From the NCBI GenBank assembly GCA_002319885.1, contig DCFT01000079.1, positions 18,658-82,657 on the forward strand: DNA of 64,000 bases, written 5' to 3'. The notes beneath the pieces were generated by a model that saw only the letters and a program-made list of their open reading frames with translations, made no database searches and was not told the DNA's origin. Every line of letters begins with the position of its first letter. Position 1 is the first letter of the stretch. The translations under genes and the position numbers were made by a program. This document shows positions 30,421 to 38,797 of this stretch, in pieces. The DNA is from Bacteroidales bacterium UBA1797. GTDB lineage: Bacteria; Bacteroidota; Bacteroidia; Bacteroidales; VadinHA17.

Positions 30421-31488
30421 CTAATCTTTCTTTATCATATTATAAAGCAGATAATCGCCCAGCGGAACCGGATTATGTGTTTTTGCCCATTGCCTCGTGA
30501 GAATATATTGCTCCTTCAGATTCTCAAAATTAAACATAAGAAAATCATTTTTAAAGTCAGGAATCCATACGTAGCTCAAATTGATCATTTCAGGAGCTTC
30601 TTCGGAGAAAGCCATAAGTCTTTTCATTAATCCTTTCTGCAGGATATTATCGAGTGAAATACCCAGCTTATCGAATCTTCCTTTGTCATCAATTCCTAAT
30701 CCTTTTAATTCTTCACTTACTTCAGGAATACTATCGCTTTTTCTGCTGATAATATAAACTTTTGCCACCCCTTTTCCTCTGAATTTTTCAAATTCAAGCA
30801 ATGCCCGATAGGGAAGGTGATCATCACCAACGCCACCGTCGATATATTCAACATCGGGTATTGTTTTAACATTTCTTATTCTGCAAGGCGGGAATGCTAT
30901 AGGGAATGAAGATGATGCCATCATAATATCAACAAGGCTCAATGTAGTGTCGGTCTCTGTATTTATTTTACGGCTGCACATCCTGTAAACTTCTTTCTTA
31001 AGGTCAAGGTCTTTAAGGTGCGTGAAGGAGATTGCTGTCATAATAGGAAGATCTCCAATCTGGTGATAACCAAGTTTCCCTTCAACGATACGGGTAAAGA
31101 GGTTTCTTGCCGGTTGTGTGTTAACGGGAAGCTTTTTTTCCCCACTCTGAATATAAATATCGCTGTTTTTCAGATTATAAAGTATTTCCTTATACTCTGC
31201 CCAGGTAATTCTTCCATCCAAAATGCCATTAAGCATAACAGCATTAAGTGAACCTGAACTGACTCCTGAAATGAAAACAACATCTTTCAATAATCCGCGA
31301 TCATAAAGTTCTTCAAGTAATCCAGCTTCCTGCGGAATCCTGGCAGCCGCTCCAGTCATTATTATTGCAGTACCCGATCTTGAAGATAGTGCAGGTTCGG
31401 TTTTCAAATCTTTACGCCCTCCCGAAATCAGGAAAAGAGAAACAAAAAACGTCGAAATAATCACAGTAAATATCTTAAGCTTTCTCAT
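30421..31488 (-). CDS. Patatin-like phospholipase
   Basis: 355 aa with a signal/anchor. GVSSGSLNA (G-x-S-x-G) and YIDGGVGDD (catalytic Asp, DGG). Confidence 0.85.
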   Translation of the reverse strand: MRKLKIFTVIISTFFVSLFLISGGRKDLKTEPALSSRSGTAIIMTGAAARIPQEAGLLEELYDRGLLKDVVFISGVSSGSLNAVMLNGILDGRITWAEYKEILYNLKNSDIYIQSGEKKLPVNTQPARNLFTRIVEGKLGYHQIGDLPIMTAISFTHLKDLDLKKEVYRMCSRKINTETDTTLSLVDIMMASSSFPIAFPPCRIRNVKTIPDVEYIDGGVGDDHLPYRALLEFEKFRGKGVAKVYIISRKSDSIPEVSEELKGLGIDDKGRFDKLGISLDNILQKGLMKRLMAFSEEAPEMINLSYVWIPDFKNDFLMFNFENLKEQYILTRQWAKTHNPVPLGDYLLYNMIKKD

Positions 31489-31722
31489 TTCAGAAAAGAA
31501 TTCATTTTTTACTTTTTATTGTAAGAAAAAACTGTGTTCTAAATAATTATTATGAATAATTTATCCTCAAATTTATAAAAACTACTTTTTTAAGTCAAGT
31601 CATATTAACAGAAACAGTTTTCAGCTTAACAAATTCTGTCAGGGTCATTAAGAATAAAGCAGAAAAGAATTCTTCTTTTACTTAAAGAACTATGAATAGA
31701 AATTATCTTTCTGCAACTGTCT

Positions 31723-32976
31723 TTACAATTTCAATAATGGCAGAATAATGAGAGTCAGCGATAACCCTGTCAGAATTATTACAGCGCTCCAGCCGATGAT
31801 ATTCTGTGATAAATTGTTTACATAGGTACCCATGATCTTTTTATTGTTTATCAGCAGTATCATACTGACAAGAACGACAGGCAAAAGTATCCCATTTAAA
31901 ACCTGTGACCACACAGAGATCTCAATAAGCGGGGCATTTGGTATCAGAATAATAAGTGCAGAAATAATCAGGATCCCTGTATAGAGAGTATAAAACTCCT
32001 TGGCTTCGTCCCATTTCTTATCGATACCGGCTTCGAAACCAAATGCTTCGCAAATATAAAAAGCCGTAGCCAGAGGTAATATAGTTGCCGAAAAGACAGA
32101 AGCCACAAACAGACCGAATGCAAATACCTGGGAGGCCAGTGCCCCGGCAAAAGGTTTAAGCGCAAGTGCCGCATCCTTTGCTTCATTTATCTGAATTCCG
32201 TTAGGGTGTAATGTTGCACCGCATGCTACCATAATAAAGAAAGCGACTACTATTGTTGCTACGCATCCTACTGTTATATCAACCAGGGTATACTTGTAAT
32301 GTTTCATTTTCAGACCCTTCTCAATTACAGTTGATTGCATATAAAACTGCATCCATGGCGCAATCGTTGTTCCGACGAGAGCAATAACCATTGCCAGGCT
32401 ATTGGTATTCATTGCGAGTTGGGGATGTATTATTGAAGAACCTATTTCGCTCCACTGTGGGTGGCTCATCAATGCTGAAACCACATAAGTTAGCAATGAA
32501 ATACTGAATATCAGGAAGATACGTTCCACAATCTTGTATGTTCCTTTAACAACCACAAACCACACTATTATAGCAACCAGAGGAACTGAAATATATTTGC
32601 TGACACCAAAAATCTCCATACTTCCTGCAACACCAGCCAATTCGGTAGTTGTATTACCTATATTTGAAACCAATAATCCTATGAAAATAAAAAAGGTGAT
32701 CTTTAATCCTGCATTTTCCCTGATCAGGTCTGAAAGGCCCTTCCCTGTCACTATACCCATACGCGCGTTCATCTCCTGAATAACCAGCAAAACAATGAAT
32801 GAAGGAATCAGCGTCCATATCAGACCATAACCATACGTTGCCCCTGCTACTGAGTATACAGCAATACCGCCGGCATCATTATCCACGCTGCCGGTAATTA
32901 TTCCGGGACCAAGGATTGCAAAAAAGATTGCGGCCTGTTTAAGAAGCTTTTTTACGTTGAATGTTGACTCTGCCAT
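31723..32976 (-). CDS. NRAMP-fold transporter with NRMT-type (Mg2+-type) substituted metal site
   Basis: 417 aa polytopic protein. TM1 reads GPGIITGSVDNDAGGIAV (canonical DPGN becomes DAGG). TM6 reads VGTTIAPWMQF (canonical A-x-x-M-P-H becomes T-x-x-A-P-W). Confidence 0.8.
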   Translation of the reverse strand: MAESTFNVKKLLKQAAIFFAILGPGIITGSVDNDAGGIAVYSVAGATYGYGLIWTLIPSFIVLLVIQEMNARMGIVTGKGLSDLIRENAGLKITFFIFIGLLVSNIGNTTTELAGVAGSMEIFGVSKYISVPLVAIIVWFVVVKGTYKIVERIFLIFSISLLTYVVSALMSHPQWSEIGSSIIHPQLAMNTNSLAMVIALVGTTIAPWMQFYMQSTVIEKGLKMKHYKYTLVDITVGCVATIVVAFFIMVACGATLHPNGIQINEAKDAALALKPFAGALASQVFAFGLFVASVFSATILPLATAFYICEAFGFEAGIDKKWDEAKEFYTLYTGILIISALIILIPNAPLIEISVWSQVLNGILLPVVLVSMILLINNKKIMGTYVNNLSQNIIGWSAVIILTGLSLTLIILPLLKL

Positions 32977-32987
32977 AACACTGACAT

Positions 32988-34262
32988 TTATCTTCTGTTT
33001 GTCCTTCTTTTATGTGTCAGATCTTCAATGACATCATCAATTACAACCATTCCCTGTAACTGATTTTTCTGATCAACCACCGGTATAGCCAGCATGTTAT
33101 ATTTCGAAACCAATTCAGCAATTGCGCCTACTTTCTGGTCGTCGAGAAGATGAAGTGGCTCTGATTTCATAATGCTGCTGACACTCATATTGGGTTCTGA
33201 TACCACCAGATCGCGAAGGTTAAATGATCCGATCAATTCTTCATTGGTTTCAATTACAAACATATTATATAGTTCAGCCGACTCGGGCTTTTTTGATCTT
33301 AGTTCAACAAGCACTTCTGCTACAGTAGTTGTGGCGCTGAATGAAAGATAATCGGTTGTCATTATACTTCCAACAAGGTCATCATCATACTCAAGTAGTT
33401 CTCTGATCTCCTGTGAAGTTTCCATGTTCATCTCTTTCAGCAATATCTCCACCTTGTCGTCTTCCATCTCATCGAGGATATCTGCTGCCTCATCTGCAGG
33501 CATCTTTTCAAGCACATCTGCTGCTTTGGCTACGGGAAGGTTTTCAAGGATATGAATCTGAGCATTTGGTTCAAGTTCCTCAAGAACATCTGCAGCTTTT
33601 TCTTCATCAAGCGAAGCGAATACCGACATACTTGATTTCCTGTCCAGATCCTCCAGTATATCAGCTATATCGGATGGGTGCAGGGTATGAAGTTTAGCAT
33701 AGCTCTTTGATAACCTGATATTAAGATTTGAATAGTCGATAGCCTGAACATCATCCCACAGGATAAATTTCGCCGGAATATTTATTTTGAAGATTGAAAG
33801 CAATTTCTTGATCGGCAAGGCGATTCCTATCCTTCGCAAAAGTCCCTCAATCCCTATATCAACAGCTATTGCAAAAGTACCGGCAGGAAGTGTTGCTATC
33901 CTCACATCGTTGACTCTTACAAGCTTCCGGCCATTCATATCGACTATTTGTTTGTCGAGGATTGTTTCAACAAGCAACAGTCCATTATTCACTTCTTCTG
34001 TTGTAAGCTCTTTCAGCTCTGTACAGGTTACACTTATTACTTCTCTGGCTTTGGTAACCCTGAAACTCTTAAAGGAATAAAACCTTATTTCCTTATTTAT
34101 TTTAAGTCTGACACCGGTTATAAGCTGCTGGTTCGGGTCGTTGTTTCCCGAAGGCATAGTGTTAACAAGTAAATCTTTGATTATTCCAATTGCGTCACCA
34201 TCGGCACCAAAGACTTCTTTTCCGATTATTCCGCTTAAATAAAACGTTGTGAGTGATGTCAT
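32988..34262 (-). CDS. Soluble PRC-barrel + MgtE_N + CBS-pair protein (MgtE cytosolic sensor without a pore domain)
   Basis: 424 aa with no hydrophobic span. Acidic helical repeats SDIADILEDLD, AADVLEELE, AADVLEKMPADEAADILDEMEDD. Two CBS-like motifs (IMTTDYLSF..., IMKSEPLHL...LAIPVVDQKNQLQGMVVIDDVIEDL). Ends 11 nt upstream of the transporter gene. Confidence 0.8.
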   Translation of the reverse strand: MTSLTTFYLSGIIGKEVFGADGDAIGIIKDLLVNTMPSGNNDPNQQLITGVRLKINKEIRFYSFKSFRVTKAREVISVTCTELKELTTEEVNNGLLLVETILDKQIVDMNGRKLVRVNDVRIATLPAGTFAIAVDIGIEGLLRRIGIALPIKKLLSIFKINIPAKFILWDDVQAIDYSNLNIRLSKSYAKLHTLHPSDIADILEDLDRKSSMSVFASLDEEKAADVLEELEPNAQIHILENLPVAKAADVLEKMPADEAADILDEMEDDKVEILLKEMNMETSQEIRELLEYDDDLVGSIMTTDYLSFSATTTVAEVLVELRSKKPESAELYNMFVIETNEELIGSFNLRDLVVSEPNMSVSSIMKSEPLHLLDDQKVGAIAELVSKYNMLAIPVVDQKNQLQGMVVIDDVIEDLTHKRRTNRR

Positions 34263-34399
34263 GTCACCTCCTTGCTTTAACTGAAAAAGAAGGAAGTAAC
34301 CTATACTACCGGTTTTCCTCCTTGATCAGAGTTAAGATTATAATATTCGCCGGGCCGTCGTCCATTAAATTTTTAAAATTGATTTCGCGAACAAAAGTA
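34263..34399 (-). promoter_or_regulatory. Promoter box plus structured leader of about 120 nt (terminator-like hairpin and SD-like box sequestration candidate)
   Basis: On the reverse strand: TACTTTTG -7 box (34392-34399); AAGGAGG (34317-34323) pairs with CUUCCUU (34290-34296), with inner AACC/GGUU pairing, followed by CUUUUU (34284-34289); a second AAGGAGG (34267-34273) sits 4 nt before the ATG. Confidence 0.4.
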
Positions 34400-34576
34400 T
34401 ATCTCATATCCTTACTTTCCAAATAATCCAACACGAATTTATTAAACGGAAGAAGAAAGTTTTTAGAGCAAGGAATATGTAGGTTTTAAAGTTGAATAAA
34501 AGTTGTGGAATTTGCTTATATTGGTTTTATATTAGCCTAAAAGCAAAGTATTTCTTCCGTATTATTCTTTTTTTAC

Positions 34577-34584
34577 TAAATTTG
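34577..34584 (+). promoter_or_regulatory. Candidate -7 promoter box for the SPT-like gene
   Basis: TAAATTTG (perfect TAnnTTTG), 32 nt upstream of the GTG start at 34616. Confidence 0.35.
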
Positions 34585-34615
34585 GAACCGATTTAACATC
34601 ATATTAAACAATATA

Positions 34616-35800
34616 GTGGGACTTTTACAAGATAAACTCTCAGGTTATGATGCCCCTCAGAAAGCCATGCAGGCAGGCATCTATCCCTATTTCAGGGCTA
34701 TAGAATCCGAACAGGATACTGTAGTAATTATAAACGGGAAAAAGGTTTTAATGTTTGGTTCGAACAGCTATCTCGGGCTCACAAACCATCCAAAAGTTAA
34801 AGCTGCTGCGAAAGCTGCCATTGACAAATATGGTACCGGGTGTGCTGGTTCACGATTCCTTAACGGGACTCTTGATATCCATATAGAACTGGAAAACAAG
34901 TTGGCCCAACTCGTAAATAAGGATGCTGCTTTATGTTACAGTACAGGATTCCAGGTGAATCTTGGTGTTGTATCATTACTTGCAGGACGCCATGATTATC
35001 TCCTCCTGGATGAACTCGATCATGCCTCAATTATTGAAGGCAGCAGGCTTTCTTTTTCTAAAGTTCTTAAGTTTGCCCATAACGACATGAATTCTCTTAA
35101 GAATAAACTGAAGCTCTGTCATAAAGACCGGATTAAACTGATTGTTGTTGATGGTATTTTTTCTATGGAAGGCGATCTTATTAACTTACCTGAAGTTGTA
35201 AAGCTTGCTGAGCACTATGGTGCATCCATAATGGTCGATGATGCACATGCTCTCGGCGTAATAGGGAAAAACGGATCAGGAACAGCCTCTCATTTCGGAC
35301 TGACTGACAAAGTTGATCTAATAATGGGCACTTTTTCTAAATCATTTGCTTCTCTTGGCGGCTTTATCGCTTCCGACAAAGAAATCATAAATTTTATCAA
35401 ACATAATTCCCGATCGCTGATATTCAGTGCTAGCATGACGCCTTCAGCTGCAGCTTCCGTTCTTGCATCCATAGAAATAATGGAGAATGAACCGGAAAGG
35501 ATTAAACATTTATGGGATATGACAGCACTTGCGCTTAATGGTTTCCGCTCTAATGGTTTCGACACCGGGAAATCTGAAACGCCTATAATTCCTCTTTTTA
35601 TCAGAGATGATATCAAAGCTTTACAATTGACTCAGAATCTACTTGAAGACGGAATTTTTGTAAATCCTGTTGTATCTCCTGCCGTACCTAAAGAAGATAG
35701 CCTGATCAGGTATTCTCTTATGGCGACACATACAAAAGAACAGGTGGAAATTTCTATTGAAAAGATTACCAAAGCAGCAAAATCACTGCATATATTATAA
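34616..35800 (+). CDS. spt: Alpha-oxoamine synthase of the serine palmitoyltransferase / cysteate-acyltransferase type (long-chain-base synthase)
   Basis: 394 aa. GTG start per the ORF track; the first ATG is at 34667. MGLLQDKLSGYDAPQKAMQAGIYPYFRAIE, FGSNSYLGLTNHP, GTGCAGSRFLNGTLDIH, and PLP-lysine block GTFSKSFASLGGF. The N-terminus resembles Bacteroides SPT as I recall it. Confidence 0.82.
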   Translation: MGLLQDKLSGYDAPQKAMQAGIYPYFRAIESEQDTVVIINGKKVLMFGSNSYLGLTNHPKVKAAAKAAIDKYGTGCAGSRFLNGTLDIHIELENKLAQLVNKDAALCYSTGFQVNLGVVSLLAGRHDYLLLDELDHASIIEGSRLSFSKVLKFAHNDMNSLKNKLKLCHKDRIKLIVVDGIFSMEGDLINLPEVVKLAEHYGASIMVDDAHALGVIGKNGSGTASHFGLTDKVDLIMGTFSKSFASLGGFIASDKEIINFIKHNSRSLIFSASMTPSAAASVLASIEIMENEPERIKHLWDMTALALNGFRSNGFDTGKSETPIIPLFIRDDIKALQLTQNLLEDGIFVNPVVSPAVPKEDSLIRYSLMATHTKEQVEISIEKITKAAKSLHIL

Positions 35801-35828
35801 GTTAAACCTTATTAAAACAACCAATTTT

Positions 35829-35920
35829 GTTACACAGGGAGGCACAGATGGTTCATATAGAACCACAGAGGCAAAACTCCGTGTAACTATCTGTGTCTTT
35901 TGCATGTAATTCTGTGAAAC
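35829..35920. repeat. REP-like CACAGAG/CTGTGTG hairpin element (copy 3)
   Basis: gttacac (35829-35835) pairs with gtgtaac (35881-35887). Nested ggttc/gaacc. Motifs cacagat, cacagag, ctgtgtc, tctgtga. Confidence 0.55.
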
Positions 35921-35933
35921 TAATAACATTCAT

Positions 35934-36743
35934 ATGAAAAAAGTCATTCTTATAACAGGAATTTCGTCAGGATTCGGCAAGCAAACAGCAGAGCTTCTGG
36001 CGGGCGAAGGTCATTCAGTATATGGAACCGTCAGAAGAGATGCTGAAATAGATCCCTCTGTGAAAGGACTTAGGCTCGATCTCACGAATATTGATTCCAT
36101 AAATCAGGCAGTGCAGACTATCCTCCAAAAAGAAGGAAGAATTGACGTCTTGATAAATAATGCCGGTATGCATACCGGGGGACCGATAGAGACACTGCCT
36201 CTGGAATACATAAAACTCCAGATGGATACCAACTTTATCGGGATGGTAGAACTTACAAGGGCAGTATTACCTCATATGAGGAAACAGGGCAGTGGAACAA
36301 TTATCAATTTTAGTTCAATCGGCGGTTTAATGGGTTTACCTTTCCAGTCATTCTACTCCGCAAGTAAATTTGCTATTGAGGGTTTCAGTGAGGCTCTCAG
36401 AATGGAAGTCAAACAGTTTAATATTAAAATTATACTAATAAATCCGGGTGATTTTCACACCAGTAATTCTGCCAACAGGAGGAACTTCATGGCGCCAACA
36501 GATAACAATGATCCTTATCATGAACAGTTTTTAAAAACAATGGAGATAATTGAAAAGGATGAAGCCAATGGTTGGGAGCCGAAAGTACTTGCCGCTAAAC
36601 TTGTGAAAATAGTGGATTGCAAGAACCCCCGTCAGAGATACATTATTTCATCATTTGAACAAAAGCTGGCAGTGGCACTAAAGTACATTTTACCGGGTAA
36701 ACTGTTCAGAATGATACTTGAAGATCATTATAAGATAAAATAG
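35934..36743 (+). CDS. Classical short-chain dehydrogenase/reductase (candidate 3-keto-long-chain-base reductase)
   Basis: 269 aa. TGISSGFG (T-G-x3-G-x-G), NNAG, and catalytic S...YSASK. Confidence 0.85.
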   Translation: MKKVILITGISSGFGKQTAELLAGEGHSVYGTVRRDAEIDPSVKGLRLDLTNIDSINQAVQTILQKEGRIDVLINNAGMHTGGPIETLPLEYIKLQMDTNFIGMVELTRAVLPHMRKQGSGTIINFSSIGGLMGLPFQSFYSASKFAIEGFSEALRMEVKQFNIKIILINPGDFHTSNSANRRNFMAPTDNNDPYHEQFLKTMEIIEKDEANGWEPKVLAAKLVKIVDCKNPRQRYIISSFEQKLAVALKYILPGKLFRMILEDHYKIK

Positions 36744-36759
36744 CCCGGCGATCCCCGGG
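36744..36759. terminator. Short GC hairpin between convergent genes
   Basis: cccgg (36744-36748) / cgatcc / ccggg (36755-36759). Only a weak T-tract follows. Confidence 0.3.
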
Positions 36760-36783
36760 TCTTGACGTTTCACAGATAAATCA

Positions 36784-38688
36784 TCAATACGATTTATAAT
36801 CCGTTTTCATCACATTTAGTGTCTGAGGTATCCATACTTTGTAGCGTGAATCTTCACCCCAGGTATTACCGGCTGATGCAAAGTCACAAAAATTAATCTG
36901 CATAGAATTACGGAAATCACCTTCCAGATCTGTTCCAAGAACCAATGGGGCCGAAAATGACATCCAAATATTAGCAGGTTTGTTTGTGGATATTTTCAGG
37001 TCTACTTTCCCTCTGTCCTCTTTAACTACAGCCGATTCGTAAATGAAACCGTCACCAAATCGGGTATCACGTGCCAGAACAACCGGTCCTCTTAAAATTG
37101 CCTGACAACCATTCAAAATCATCAATCTTCCTGAAAGATCGAGTTTCAAAACAACTTTATCATCTTTATTCCAGGTACGGGTGATTTTTTTATAGGTGCC
37201 CGCTTTAACATCTGAAACATCATTTCCATTTATCGATAAAGTAGTATTACTACTCCACTCCGGTATACGTAAGGCAATTGTAAAATTTTCAGATTTCTCA
37301 GGGTTGATGCTAATTTCAACTCTGTCTGTGACAGGATAATCTGATATCATGTTAATGGCAACATTATTGCTTTTGTTTAAAGGAATAACCGACTGACTCT
37401 GCCCGTAAATATTAATAAAAACTCCGTCTTCTGATCCCATAACTGCAAACCGCGGTAACATCATAAATGCCCGGGGACCATTGGCATTACAGCAATTTAT
37501 ATGCATTCCGCATTGTTCTTCACCTGCATGTCTTATACCTCCTAACGGGCTGTATTTGGCTATCTGTGAACCATCTCCCTTTAGTGATGCCAGCAGCGCA
37601 TTATACGTTGAATTTTCAATCTGGTCAGCATATAATGAGTTGCCCGTCAGTCTCAAGAGGTTAAAACAAAGTTTCATCCATGTCATTGTAACACAGGTTT
37701 CCATTGTATGATATGTTGGTTCTGTCTGATATAGGGCGCCATGATAAAAACATTCGAATGCCGTTCCCGATCCTGCAATATTTATTTCACTTTCAATGAT
37801 ATTCTTAACAGCCATCTCAACAGCTTTCAGATACGAAGGTTCTCCTGTTATCCTGTATAATTCGAGGAGTCCATCGTAGCAAGACATCATCTCATATGCT
37901 TTTTGCCCGTTTTCATACGACCACCATACCTCCGGATGAGGGAATCTTTCTGAAACAGGAATTCCAGCGAGGGCGCTGGATATTAGTTTTGGACCATCCA
38001 CTGTCTCCCATTGTTCAACAATATACTTTGCAAAATCCAGATACCTTTTATCTCCTGTCCTGCGATACAGATAAACGATAGGTTCAAGAATTGAGCAGCT
38101 CGGCATTCCACGATAATTACCGGTTTTTATGATATTAGTTTTCCCGGGGCCTACCAGGCTTAGCAGGTTATCGGCAAGCCTGCATGAGCCCCTCAAAGCT
38201 GACTTGTCCCCGGTCAAATCATAATATGCAAGCAGACCAATTAAAGTATATTTGTTGCCCCAGATATCCCATTGCTGCAGACGGGCACTATCTGTATAAT
38301 TGCCAATATAACCCGAAGGCATTTGTGTGGCAAGCAATTCATTTACTGCATTCTGTATTATAGTAAGCATTTCCGGATCACGATTATAATCGTATGATGC
38401 AATTGCCGACTGTATCCACTTCCCCCAGAATTCGCTCTGCCATAAATGGGTTTCATTCTTGTGCCGGAATGGTTCAACCAATTGCTCAATATCCTGGCTC
38501 TTAATTCGCTTTACAATGACCAGATTAATCTTATCTCCCAGGTAACCTTCAATTATTGTGCTATTCGGAGAGTAAGCAAATATCCTGTCAGGTAAAGCAT
38601 TTACAGACCCATGTTTTGCTTCAGGTCTCTGAGCGGATAGAAATAAAGTGGTATAGAAAAATACACATGCAATAAATAATTTTTTCAT
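36784..38688 (-). CDS. Second DUF1680-family glycoside hydrolase paralog (GH127/GH146-like)
   Basis: The ORF track starts at 38778. I prefer the ATG at 38688 (MKKLFIACVFFYTTLFLSAQ signal). It keeps the E-x-C and C-C signature: HTMETCVTMTW ... GMHINCCNANGPRAF. Confidence 0.72.
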   Translation of the reverse strand: MKKLFIACVFFYTTLFLSAQRPEAKHGSVNALPDRIFAYSPNSTIIEGYLGDKINLVIVKRIKSQDIEQLVEPFRHKNETHLWQSEFWGKWIQSAIASYDYNRDPEMLTIIQNAVNELLATQMPSGYIGNYTDSARLQQWDIWGNKYTLIGLLAYYDLTGDKSALRGSCRLADNLLSLVGPGKTNIIKTGNYRGMPSCSILEPIVYLYRRTGDKRYLDFAKYIVEQWETVDGPKLISSALAGIPVSERFPHPEVWWSYENGQKAYEMMSCYDGLLELYRITGEPSYLKAVEMAVKNIIESEINIAGSGTAFECFYHGALYQTEPTYHTMETCVTMTWMKLCFNLLRLTGNSLYADQIENSTYNALLASLKGDGSQIAKYSPLGGIRHAGEEQCGMHINCCNANGPRAFMMLPRFAVMGSEDGVFINIYGQSQSVIPLNKSNNVAINMISDYPVTDRVEISINPEKSENFTIALRIPEWSSNTTLSINGNDVSDVKAGTYKKITRTWNKDDKVVLKLDLSGRLMILNGCQAILRGPVVLARDTRFGDGFIYESAVVKEDRGKVDLKISTNKPANIWMSFSAPLVLGTDLEGDFRNSMQINFCDFASAGNTWGEDSRYKVWIPQTLNVMKTDYKSY

Positions 38689-38797
38689 GCTGCTTTTTAA
38701 ATTAATATTTTGACTTTCCAGGTTAATGCCGCCTGGTAACATTTCCTTAAAACATTTGTTAAATTTGCGGATTATCAAATCTTACAAAATTAAAATC

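Noticed and set aside
30234-30500. 88-aa ORF in the gap after the patatin gene (MHVRFTNLSF…/MCMPEVKPDLYGG…)
   Set aside because: Its last 80 nt run antisense through the patatin C-terminus. It has no recognisable motif and no promoter box. A small real gene ending earlier cannot be excluded, but nothing supports it.
34446-34560. 9-bp inverted repeat (acggaagaa / ttcttccgt) flanking about 97 bp of the divergent promoter gap; considered as an invertible promoter
   Set aside because: A 9-bp purine-rich repeat is expected by chance at appreciable frequency in a 350-bp AT/purine-rich gap. No recombinase gene is nearby, and the -7 boxes lie outside the segment.
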